Shown: positions 54,451 to 63,203 of the stretch, one piece after another | How positions within the stretch are numbered: the stretch's first letter is position 1 | How the letters are laid out: each line of letters opens with the position of its first letter | NCBI GenBank assembly: GCA_902518415.1 | Contig: CABYGA010000002.1 | Span: 6,705-70,704, forward strand | Direction of reading: 5' to 3' | Origin: an uncultured Pelagibacteraceae bacterium | Lineage (GTDB): Bacteria; Pseudomonadota; Alphaproteobacteria; Pelagibacterales; AG-422-B15 | DNA length: 64,000 nucleotides | Position numbers and translations under genes: made by a program | Notes under the pieces: model-generated | What the model saw: only the letters and a program-made list of their open reading frames with translations | What the model was told of the DNA's origin: nothing | Database searches by the model: none

Positions 54451-54473
54451 ATGTTACGTATAACATCCTGTTG

Positions 54474-54511
54474 AATAAAACGCAAAAAGGCACTTTTCAG
54501 CGCCTCCTTGC
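54474..54511 (-). terminator. Rho-independent terminator downstream of recA
   Basis: Minus strand GCAAGGAGGCGC-TGAAAA-GTGCCTTTTTGC stem-loop with G-U pairs, followed by GTTTTATT. Confidence 0.7.
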
Positions 54512-54536
54512 TATGATCAATTATTATAGTTAAAAA

Positions 54537-55616
54537 TTACTCTTCTACTGTTTCTTCAGTGTCTGAGTTTTCACCAATTTGCTCAGGCATTTCTTCTGAC
54601 TGGCCTCTAATTATCGACTCAATTTCTTGGGCTATAGCAGGATTTTCCTTAAGGAAGATCTTAGAATTTTCTCTTCCTTGCCCAATTTTCTCACCTTTAT
54701 ATGAGAACCATGCGCCAGATTTTTCTACGGTTCCTACTTTAACTCCAAGGTCAATAAGTTCGCCTAACTTTGAAATACCTTCTCCGTACATTATGTCAAA
54801 CTCAACCAATCTAAACGGCGGTGCAACTTTATTCTTTACAACTTTAACTCTAGTTTGGTTGCCAATAATTTCATCTTTATCTTTGATTGCACCAATTCTC
54901 CTAATGTCCAATCTACAAGATGAATAGAACTTTAAAGCGTTTCCTCCTGCAGTCGTCTCAGGGCTTCCAAACATAACTCCTATTTTCATTCTAATTTGGT
55001 TAATAAAAATGACCATGCAATTAGATTTTGAAACTGATCCAGTTAGCTTTCTCAATGCTTGACTCATCAGCCTAGCTTGAAGGCCCATATGTGCGTCACC
55101 CATTTCTCCCTCAATTTCTGCCTTCGGCGTCAATGCAGCTACTGAGTCAACTACAAGTACTGATATTGCTTTTGATCGAACTAGTGAATCTGTAATCTCT
55201 AATGCTTGCTCTCCTGTATCAGGTTGAGAAATTAGCAATTCATCAATATTCACCCCTAATTTCTTAGCGTATGCAGGATCCAATGCATGCTCTGCATCAA
55301 TGAACGCGCAGTTCTCACCACTCTTTTGTGCTTCTGCGATTACATGAAGAGCTAAAGTAGTTTTACCAGATGACTCCGGACCATAAATCTCAACAATTCG
55401 TCCTTTTGGCAAGCCACCAATTCCTAACGCCACGTCTAAGGATAAGGATCCAGTTGAAATTGCTTCTATATCCATTGCTGTTCTTTGTCCCAGCTTCATA
55501 ATTGAACCTTTTCCGTAGGTCTGCTCAATTTGAGACATTGCTACATCTAAGGCTTTTGCTTTTTCAGAGTTGTCCATTTTTTTATCGTCTACTACTTTCA
55601 AATTTGCTTTGCTCAT
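54537..55616 (-). CDS. recA: Recombinase A
   Basis: [38 protein letters not shown] Shine-Dalgarno. Confidence 0.98.
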   Translation of the reverse strand: MSKANLKVVDDKKMDNSEKAKALDVAMSQIEQTYGKGSIMKLGQRTAMDIEAISTGSLSLDVALGIGGLPKGRIVEIYGPESSGKTTLALHVIAEAQKSGENCAFIDAEHALDPAYAKKLGVNIDELLISQPDTGEQALEITDSLVRSKAISVLVVDSVAALTPKAEIEGEMGDAHMGLQARLMSQALRKLTGSVSKSNCMVIFINQIRMKIGVMFGSPETTAGGNALKFYSSCRLDIRRIGAIKDKDEIIGNQTRVKVVKNKVAPPFRLVEFDIMYGEGISKLGELIDLGVKVGTVEKSGAWFSYKGEKIGQGRENSKIFLKENPAIAQEIESIIRGQSEEMPEQIGENSDTEETVEE

Positions 55617-55654
55617 CTGCTTTCTCCAAACTGTAATTTATAATTGTTCTCAAT

Positions 55655-55669
55655 GTACACATTTTGTTC
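55655..55669 (-). promoter_or_regulatory. Alphaproteobacterial LexA (SOS) box, proximal
   Basis: GTAC-ACATTTT-GTTC, i.e. GAAC-N7-GTAC on the recA strand. Confidence 0.7.
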
Positions 55670-55720
55670 TATTTTACAATACTAGTTAAATTACTGTTTT
55701 TATTGTATAAAATATAATTT

Positions 55721-55735
55721 GTTCAGTTAATGTTC
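55721..55735 (-). promoter_or_regulatory. Alphaproteobacterial LexA (SOS) box, distal
   Basis: Perfect GTTC-AGTTAAT-GTTC direct repeat. Confidence 0.7.
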
Positions 55736-55848
55736 TTATATTTTATATTTTTATCAACAAGTGATTCTATTTACAGATGTTACATCCATAAGCAAAATAC
55801 GTGTATAAATATATAAATTTGGCTGATTTTCTTTGTTAATAAGTTTTT

Positions 55849-56259
55849 CTAGTCGTCAGAATGCAATTTTTCGTTTCTTTCATGCATTTCTTGAGCCTCT
55901 ATACTCAGTGTCGTTACTGGTCTTGCGTCTAATCTCTCAATATTAATGGGCTCTCCTGTAACTTCGCAGTAACCATAGCTTCCATTTTCGATTCTAGCTA
56001 ATGCTTCATCTATTTTAGCAACTAATTTACGTTGCCTGTCTCTTGACTTGAGTTCTAGTGTTTTTTCTGATTCTTGTGTAGCCCTATCAGACATGTCAGC
56101 TGGGGCGATTGAATCCTGAAGATTTTCTACAGTTTCTCTGCTTTCTTTATAAATGTCATTCTTCCAATCTTTAAGCTTTGTTCTAAAATATTCCTTTTGT
56201 TTCGCGTTCATGAATTTTTCAGATTTTGTAGGCTTGTAGCTCTTTGGAAGTTTCACCAT
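55849..56259 (-). CDS. dksA: RNA polymerase-binding factor DksA (single-Cys, alpha type)
   Basis: FMNAKQKEYFR, DMSDRA, RDRQRKL..KID.AL, YGYCEVTGEPI...RL.ARP. Confidence 0.94.
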   Translation of the reverse strand: MVKLPKSYKPTKSEKFMNAKQKEYFRTKLKDWKNDIYKESRETVENLQDSIAPADMSDRATQESEKTLELKSRDRQRKLVAKIDEALARIENGSYGYCEVTGEPINIERLDARPVTTLSIEAQEMHERNEKLHSDD

Positions 56260-56402
56260 GTTTACTCCTTTTGGATTTAGAATTAAAAACAGTCTGGTGC
56301 TTTTAGTAGTTTTTGATATTTAAGTCAATTGAACAATGCAATTTTTATGATTGATATATAGCTAAAATATAATATGTTTCCTGAAACAATTTTAAGAATT
56401 TA

Positions 56403-57257
56403 ATGAAATTTGAAGGTACAAGTTCATATATAGCTACTGAGGACCTAAAAGTTGCAGTTAATGCAGCCATAACCTTGGAAAGACCAATTATTGTAAAAGG
56501 AGAGCCTGGTACTGGCAAAACTATGCTGGCTCATGAGGTTGCTCAATCATTAGGGGCTGAGATTATTACATGGCATATTAAGTCAACGACCAAAGCTCAA
56601 CAGGGGCTGTATGAGTACGATGCTGTTACTAGGTTAAGAGACTCTCAGCTTGGAGATGAAAAAGTAAAAGATATTAAAAATTATATAAGTAAGGGTAAAT
56701 TGTGGAATGCTTTTGAAAGCAATAAAAGACCTGTACTTTTAATTGATGAGATTGATAAAGCGGATATTGAATTTCCAAACGATCTTCTTCTCGAACTTGA
56801 TAAAATGGAATTTTTTGTTTATGAAACAGGAGAAACCATAAAGGCAGAAAATAGACCTATTGTAATCATCACTTCAAATAACGAAAAAGAACTACCTGAT
56901 GCCTTTTTAAGGAGATGTTTTTTTCATTATATTAAGTTTCCTGATCCAGATACTATGGAAGAGATTGTTAATGTACATTATCCAGAAATTAAAAAAGACC
57001 TAATACAAGAAGCATTTAAGATTTTTTATGATATTAGAGAAGTCCCAGGTATCAAAAAAAAGCCGTCAACATCAGAGCTTATTGATTGGCTTAAATTGTT
57101 GATGACCGATGACGTGGATGCAAAAATATTGAGGGAAAAAGATCCTAAAAAACTAATTCCGCCTCTTCATGGAGCCCTTCTTAAAAATGAGCAAGATGTC
57201 CATTTATTTGAGAGATTAGCCTTTATCTCTCGAAGAGAAAATGAGAATCTTGAGTAG
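56403..57257 (+). CDS. MoxR/CoxD-like AAA+ ATPase
   Basis: GEPGTGKT, LLIDEIDKADIEFPNDLL, TSNNEKELPDAFLRRC. Confidence 0.93.
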   Translation: MKFEGTSSYIATEDLKVAVNAAITLERPIIVKGEPGTGKTMLAHEVAQSLGAEIITWHIKSTTKAQQGLYEYDAVTRLRDSQLGDEKVKDIKNYISKGKLWNAFESNKRPVLLIDEIDKADIEFPNDLLLELDKMEFFVYETGETIKAENRPIVIITSNNEKELPDAFLRRCFFHYIKFPDPDTMEEIVNVHYPEIKKDLIQEAFKIFYDIREVPGIKKKPSTSELIDWLKLLMTDDVDAKILREKDPKKLIPPLHGALLKNEQDVHLFERLAFISRRENENLE

Positions 57258-57285
57258 AACTGATTTTTCATTAAGATAAATTAAT

Positions 57286-58464
57286 ATGTTCATTAATTTC
57301 TTCTTTGACCTTAAGCAAGCAAGTTTGCCTGTATCCTTAAAGGAATATTTAATGCTCATGGAAGCCATGAATAAAAGGGTTGTAGACTCTTTTAATGTAA
57401 ATGATTTTTATTACTTAAGTCGATCAGCACTAGTTAAAGACGAGAGGTATCTAGACAAATTTGACAGAGTCTTTGGACATTCTTTTAAAGGACTTGAAAA
57501 TTCTGAAGGCGAAACAGAAAAAGAAATACCAGAAGAGTGGTTGAAGCTCATGGGGCAAAAATACCTTACTGACGAAGAGAAAAAAATGGTTGAGTCCTTA
57601 GGCGGTTGGGACAAGCTAATGGAAACATTAAAACAACGTTTAGAAGAACAAAAAAAACGTCACCAAGGCGGTAGTAAGTGGATTGGTACTGGAGGAACAT
57701 CTCCTTTCGGCGCATATGGATATAATCCTGAAGGCATTCGGATTGGTCAAAAAGAAAGTCGAAATAAAAAAGCTGTAAAAGTATGGGACAAAAGAGAATT
57801 TAGTAACCTCGATGGTGATGTTGAGTTGGGAACACGCAATATTAAAGTTGCGCTTCGAAGACTAAGAAAATTTGCTCGTGAAGGAGTTGAAACAGAACTA
57901 GATTTAGATAATACAATCAGATCTACTGCACATAAAGGTTACATTGACGTAAAGATGATGCCCGAACGTAGGAATAAAATAAAAGTACTTTTATTTTTCG
58001 ATGTGGGTGGGTCGATGGATGCTCATGTAAAAATATGTGAAGAGCTCTTTTCTGCAGCAAGAACAGAATTTAAGCACATGGAGTATTTTTATTATCATAA
58101 CTGTCTCTATGACGCAGTATGGAAAGATAATAAAAGAAGGTACAATGAGAACATAAAGACCTGGGATCTTCTTCATAAATATCCTTCAGACTATAAAGTT
58201 ATATTTGTTGGTGATGCTGAAATGAGTCCATATGAGATTACATATCCTGGTGGAAGTGTTGAATTTTGGAATGAAGAGTCAGGCGAAACATGGCTAACCA
58301 GGCTTCTGAATATCTATGAAAACGCAATATGGTTAAATCCAATACCAGAGAGGTATTGGGACCGCATATCATCTGCTTCAATAATAAAGCAAATTTTTTC
58401 GGATAGAATGTTTCCTTTGACTATTGAAGGTATTGATCAGGCTATGCGCGAACTTAATAAATAA
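57286..58464 (+). CDS. VWA-domain (CoxE-like) partner of the MoxR ATPase
   Basis: HQGGSKWIGTGGTSPFG, DVGGSMD MIDAS motif, FVGDA.MSPYEI, WLNP. Confidence 0.9.
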   Translation: MFINFFFDLKQASLPVSLKEYLMLMEAMNKRVVDSFNVNDFYYLSRSALVKDERYLDKFDRVFGHSFKGLENSEGETEKEIPEEWLKLMGQKYLTDEEKKMVESLGGWDKLMETLKQRLEEQKKRHQGGSKWIGTGGTSPFGAYGYNPEGIRIGQKESRNKKAVKVWDKREFSNLDGDVELGTRNIKVALRRLRKFAREGVETELDLDNTIRSTAHKGYIDVKMMPERRNKIKVLLFFDVGGSMDAHVKICEELFSAARTEFKHMEYFYYHNCLYDAVWKDNKRRYNENIKTWDLLHKYPSDYKVIFVGDAEMSPYEITYPGGSVEFWNEESGETWLTRLLNIYENAIWLNPIPERYWDRISSASIIKQIFSDRMFPLTIEGIDQAMRELNK

Positions 58465-58467
58465 TTA

Positions 58468-59328
58468 ATGCTTCCAAAGCAGAATGTTATCTTAGGCATA
58501 TCGTTATTATGCTTAGGATTACTAATTGCGCCTCTTTATGACGCTCTGGCTAAATACTTAAGTGAAGATATTCACATTTTAGAAATCATCTGGGCTAGGT
58601 TTTTTAGTCATTTTATTTTTCTGGTACCTCTTGTTTATTTTATAAAGGGTAAAAAACTATTTTTTAATTCTTCATCTAAACATCAAATTGTTAGAGGAAT
58701 TTTTATTTTTTTAGCTACTGCTTTTTTCTATGGCGCTATATCGGAAATTCCTCTTGCTAATGCCTTAAGCATAATGCTCGTAGCTCCAATCATTGTAGTA
58801 TTCATGTCTTCTTATATTCTTAAAGAACAATTAAATTCTTTTAAAATATTTTGTACCTTCTTTGGTTTTTTTGGAACATTGTTGGTAATACAACCAGGAT
58901 TTGAAGAGTTTAATTTCTATTCGCTTTTGGCTTTATTGTCTGGATTTTGTTATGCAATGTACTTAGTCTACACAAGGCGGGTTAATTTCAGTTCTGATCC
59001 TTGGATAAGCTTGTGCTATACCGCTATACCCGGTGCAGCAATAATGACTGTTTGTCTTCCATTTTTTTGGCAAAGCTCTCCTTCAATTGACCAATATTTA
59101 TTGATGGGCTCAATTGGATTAGTTGTGATTTTGGTACATTTTATATTTATTAAAGCCTATCAGAATGCTGAAGCTAGTATTTTAGCACCATTTCACTATT
59201 TTGAAATCATAAGTAATATGCTAATAAGCGTTTTATTTTTTAAAGATATACCAAATATAATTGTGTGTTTCGGTATTCTTTGCATTGTTAGTAGTGGAGT
59301 TTTAATTACGATTAAACAAAAAATATGA
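58468..59328 (+). CDS. DMT/EamA family transporter
   Basis: About 10 TM helices; AEASILAPFHY motif. Confidence 0.88.
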   Translation: MLPKQNVILGISLLCLGLLIAPLYDALAKYLSEDIHILEIIWARFFSHFIFLVPLVYFIKGKKLFFNSSSKHQIVRGIFIFLATAFFYGAISEIPLANALSIMLVAPIIVVFMSSYILKEQLNSFKIFCTFFGFFGTLLVIQPGFEEFNFYSLLALLSGFCYAMYLVYTRRVNFSSDPWISLCYTAIPGAAIMTVCLPFFWQSSPSIDQYLLMGSIGLVVILVHFIFIKAYQNAEASILAPFHYFEIISNMLISVLFFKDIPNIIVCFGILCIVSSGVLITIKQKI

Positions 59329-60296
59329 ATGAATTAAATTTAGATTATAAATTTTCTGTCGCACCAATGATGGGTGTAACTACATCTAGCGCACGCTATA
59401 TGTATAGATTGATTTCTAAGGAAGCAATTTTATTTACAGAAATGATAGCCAGCCAAGCGTTACATCGAGGTGACTTTAAGAAAATGCTCAGAAAGGAAAC
59501 TATTGAGTCACCTGTGGTTCTTCAAGTAGGAGGTTCTGACATCAATCTATTGAAATATTCAACAGAACTAGCAAATAAACATAATTATCAAGGAATAAAT
59601 CTAAATGTCGGCTGCCCTTCAAAAAAAGTATCACAAGGTAAAATGGGCGCATGTCTAATGAAAGAAGCAAATCTCGTCAAACAATGTCTAGAAGGAATGA
59701 AATCTGAAACTTCAATTGATGTCTCGTTGAAATGTCGAATTGGAGTAGATGAATTTGATACATATGAATTTTTCAAAAGCTTTATTTCAACAGTAATTGA
59801 AAGTGGTATAAAAATTATTTTTATTCATGCACGTAAAGCATATCTCAAAGGTCTTGACCCTAAAAGAAACCGCACGTTACCACCACTTAAATATGATTTT
59901 GTTTATAAAATTAAAAAAGAGTTTCCACATATAAAATTTATAATCAATGGTGGTTTGGAGAATATTGATGATTGTCTAGATCAGCTGAATTATTTAGATG
60001 GAGTGATGGTAGGAAGATCAATTCAAGCCAACCCATTTTTTTTAGAAGATGTTGACTCCAAATTTTACAGCTTGGAAAAGATAGAAATAGATAGGAGTTT
60101 CGTAGTTAAGAAATATTTTGACTATGTAAAAGAGAATGTTGATTTAATTTCAACCTATGAATTATTAAGTCCCCTTTTAGCACTTTGCTTTGGCGTTCCT
60201 GGATCAAAAAAATTTAAGCAAGAAGTTAATGATTTGATCAGATCAAGAGATATTCAAAAACTTGAGTATGCTTATTTAAATCTAATTGCGGCTTAA
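59325..60296 (+). CDS. dusA: tRNA-dihydrouridine synthase A
   Basis: FSVAPMM, NLNVGCPS, KCRIGVD, IHARKA.L.GL.PK.NR..PPL. Confidence 0.9.
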   Translation: MNELNLDYKFSVAPMMGVTTSSARYMYRLISKEAILFTEMIASQALHRGDFKKMLRKETIESPVVLQVGGSDINLLKYSTELANKHNYQGINLNVGCPSKKVSQGKMGACLMKEANLVKQCLEGMKSETSIDVSLKCRIGVDEFDTYEFFKSFISTVIESGIKIIFIHARKAYLKGLDPKRNRTLPPLKYDFVYKIKKEFPHIKFIINGGLENIDDCLDQLNYLDGVMVGRSIQANPFFLEDVDSKFYSLEKIEIDRSFVVKKYFDYVKENVDLISTYELLSPLLALCFGVPGSKKFKQEVNDLIRSRDIQKLEYAYLNLIAA

Positions 60297-60868
60297 AGAA
60301 TTTCTGCAATATCACTAAAGCTATAACGTGGCGCTCTTTCATAATATCCATCCTTATCAGGGTAACCTAGGTTGCATAAAAAATTACTTTTAATTGAAGT
60401 ATCATTAAAAAATTCTTTATCAACTAATTCGTTGGAGAATCCAGACATTGGACCTACAGCTAGACCAAGCGCATTGGCTGCTTTTAAAAAATACCCTCCC
60501 TGTATTGATGAATTTCTAAATGCAGTAATTTCAGATTTTTCTAAGTCATTTTCAAAATATTGTTTTGCATCCTCCCGAAGATAATTCTTTGGTAAGTCTC
60601 TCCAAAATTCGATATCCATACCGATAATGGTGCAAACAGGTGCGTTCAGAACTTTATTTACATTATCCTCACTCACAAATCGTGATAAATTTTCTTTTGC
60701 TTGCTTACTTTTAAGAAATTTTAACCTCATGGGGCTGCAGTTAAAAGATGTAGGGCCCCACTTAAGTAAATCATACAAATCATCAAGAGATTGATTTGAG
60801 ACTTCTTTATCTAAAAACTTGTAGCAAGTCTGCGGTTCGGTAAATATTTGATGTATTTGATCTGCCAT
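60293..60868 (-). CDS. rutE: RutE-like nitroreductase (malonic semialdehyde reductase family)
   Basis: WGPTSFNCSPMR, AFRNSSIQGGY, GPMSGF, NFLCNLGY. Confidence 0.8.
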   Translation of the reverse strand: MADQIHQIFTEPQTCYKFLDKEVSNQSLDDLYDLLKWGPTSFNCSPMRLKFLKSKQAKENLSRFVSEDNVNKVLNAPVCTIIGMDIEFWRDLPKNYLREDAKQYFENDLEKSEITAFRNSSIQGGYFLKAANALGLAVGPMSGFSNELVDKEFFNDTSIKSNFLCNLGYPDKDGYYERAPRYSFSDIAEIL

Positions 60869-60870
60869 AA

Positions 60871-61335
60871 TTATAAGATTTTAACGATATGCTCTTCTAT
60901 TTCTTCTGGTTTTTTTTGAGTTCCAAATCCACGTACAAAATCACCATCTTTATTTATAAGATATTTAGTAAAATTCCATTGTATTTCTCTTCCTGCATCT
61001 TGAGTAAGTTTTTTAAATAAAGGTGAAGCATTGTCGCCAATTACTTCAATTTTATCAAATAGCTTAAAGGACACATTATACTCAGTGCTACAAAATTCCT
61101 TGATCTCATCATTAGTTCCTTTTTCCTGTGACCCAAACTGGTTACAAGGAAAAGCTAAAATTTCAAAACCTTTATCTTTATATTTTTCATATAAACTCTG
61201 AAGTCCAGTATATTGAGATGTAAAACCGCATCTACTAGCAACATTAACGATAAGCAAAGTTTTACCCTTAAATTTTTCAAGACTAATTTCTTCGTGATCA
61301 ATGTCTTTTACAGAAAAATCATAAATACTTTTCAT
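60871..61335 (-). CDS. Glutathione peroxidase family protein (Cys-type)
   Basis: NVASRCGFT, AFPCNQFG.QE, WNFTKYL. Confidence 0.94.
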   Translation of the reverse strand: MKSIYDFSVKDIDHEEISLEKFKGKTLLIVNVASRCGFTSQYTGLQSLYEKYKDKGFEILAFPCNQFGSQEKGTNDEIKEFCSTEYNVSFKLFDKIEVIGDNASPLFKKLTQDAGREIQWNFTKYLINKDGDFVRGFGTQKKPEEIEEHIVKIL

Positions 61336-62181
61336 TTACTTCACACCCGATTTAACAAATGTGCCGTTGTTATAATCACTGATAGCAGAAATAATTTCTT
61401 CTCTTGTATTCATTACAAAAGGACCACCTCTGGCAATCGGTTCACCAATTGGCTTGCCAGATACTAATAGAAACTTTGCTTTATTTTCACTTGTAACCAC
61501 TAAACTTCCACCTTGATTAAAAGTAATTAAATGCGAACTTTTAATTTCACTATTTTCACCATCCAAATGAATACTGCCAGAGTATACGTAAATAAATGAA
61601 TTGTATTCTTTATCTAGATTGTATGTAAATGGCTGGTTGCTTGTTATTTGAATATCAAGATATGTTGGATTAACGTTATGTTTTTTTATAGACCCTTCTA
61701 TTTCTTTAAAGGAGCCAGCAATAACCTTCACTTTAGCATCACTATCTTCATATGTTTTGATTTGATTTGAATCTAAGTAAATATATTCTGGGTCGTCCAT
61801 TTTTTTTTCTGCAGGCATATTGATCCAAAGCTGGAAGCCATGCAGCTTTCCTTCAGACATTGCTGGCATTTCTGAGTGAATAATCCCACTTCCTGTCTTC
61901 ATCCACTGAACATCACCTGACTTCATAATCCCTACTGCCCCGGTACTATCCTTATGTTCAAATTCACCATTTAGCATGTATGTGACTGTTTCTATGCCTC
62001 TATGTGGGTGTGCTGGAAACCCGCCAAGATAATCATCACTTTTATCAGAGCCAAATTCATCCAGCATTAAGAATGGGTCAAAATAATCAATAAGCTGAGT
62101 GCCAATTGATCTCTTTAGTTTAACACCTGCGCCATCTGATGTGCTTATTGGCGATATAATCTGGTTAATAGTACTGCGCAT
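61336..62181 (-). CDS. Pirin family protein
   Basis: DPFLMLDEF, HPHRGIETVTY, GIIHSEMP, GFQLWINMP, GPFVMNT. Confidence 0.94.
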   Translation of the reverse strand: MRSTINQIISPISTSDGAGVKLKRSIGTQLIDYFDPFLMLDEFGSDKSDDYLGGFPAHPHRGIETVTYMLNGEFEHKDSTGAVGIMKSGDVQWMKTGSGIIHSEMPAMSEGKLHGFQLWINMPAEKKMDDPEYIYLDSNQIKTYEDSDAKVKVIAGSFKEIEGSIKKHNVNPTYLDIQITSNQPFTYNLDKEYNSFIYVYSGSIHLDGENSEIKSSHLITFNQGGSLVVTSENKAKFLLVSGKPIGEPIARGGPFVMNTREEIISAISDYNNGTFVKSGVK

Positions 62182-62183
62182 AA

Positions 62184-63134
62184 TTAATTAATTTTTATTA
62201 ACAATTTTCCTTTTGCCCTACCACTTGATAAATGCTCATAAGCCTCATGGTACTGGTCAAATGAATAAGTTTTTTCAATTATAGGTTTCAATTTACCGTC
62301 TTCCATCCACATCCTGAACATATCAAGGTTTGATGTAGATGTTCTACCAGAAAGTACTGTACGAGATTTTTTTCGTTTAAAAAACTGTTTTGCAGTATCA
62401 ATGTTATTATAGATATTAAATTTTGTTGTAACGTAAATACCATTTGTCGACAAAGAATTAGAAATTTTTGGAAACGATAAATTTCCGTTAGCATCAAAAA
62501 TAATATCGTATTTATCGGGTGTATCAGTGATGTCAGTTTTTGTATAATCAATGATATTTTCGATATCAAATTCATTTTTTATCCATTCAATATTTCTATC
62601 GCTTGTTACAGCAGTAATATCGGCCTCATATATTTTTGACATTTGAAGTGCAAATGTACCAACTCCTCCAGAGGCACCATTGATTAACAATTTATGTCCT
62701 TTTCTTAGAGACGCAATATTTCTTAGTGCTAATAAAGATGTATTACCCACTTGAGGTATTGCCGCTGAGTCGGATAGTTCAAAATTATTAGGAGCTAAAG
62801 ATATATATTTCTGAGATATAGTAATTTTTTCAGCAGCACTTCCGTTAAATAATATATCCTGCATGCCAAATACCTTGTCGCCGACTTTAAACGCACCAAC
62901 GTCATTGCCAATTTCAACTATTTCACCGCTAAAATCACATGCAGTTATTATTGGAAATTTTTTTATGCTAGTAATGGGCTTAAACCCACCTCTCATTTTT
63001 TTTAAGTCAACAGGATTAATTGAAATTGCTGAGACTTTAACGGCAACCTCATGACGCTTTGGTTTTGGACTCTCAACTTCTAATATTTGGAGTTTGTCAA
63101 TGCCTCCATATGAATTATATCCGATTGCTCTCAT
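62184..63134 (-). CDS. NAD(P)-dependent quinone oxidoreductase-like MDR (Zn-independent alcohol dehydrogenase family)
   Basis: INPVD, DFSG, INGASGGVG, GRAKGKL. Start taken at ATG 63134. Confidence 0.88.
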   Translation of the reverse strand: MRAIGYNSYGGIDKLQILEVESPKPKRHEVAVKVSAISINPVDLKKMRGGFKPITSIKKFPIITACDFSGEIVEIGNDVGAFKVGDKVFGMQDILFNGSAAEKITISQKYISLAPNNFELSDSAAIPQVGNTSLLALRNIASLRKGHKLLINGASGGVGTFALQMSKIYEADITAVTSDRNIEWIKNEFDIENIIDYTKTDITDTPDKYDIIFDANGNLSFPKISNSLSTNGIYVTTKFNIYNNIDTAKQFFKRKKSRTVLSGRTSTSNLDMFRMWMEDGKLKPIIEKTYSFDQYHEAYEHLSSGRAKGKLLIKIN

Positions 63135-63203
63135 AATAATTAATTTTAAAATTAAAAATTGATTATATAATGTAATAAATAAGGCGAGTAAATGTTTTAT
63201 CAA

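Noticed and set aside
642..55616. Inteins or introns in nrdJ, dnaB or recA
   Set aside because: Lengths and motif spacing are normal, with no intein or LAGLIDADG signatures.
55849..56259. DksA lacking the four-Cys zinc finger
   Set aside because: Single-Cys DksA is already known in alphaproteobacteria.
60871..61335. Possible selenocysteine glutathione peroxidase
   Set aside because: The active-site codon encodes Cys (ASRCG) and there is no in-frame TGA.
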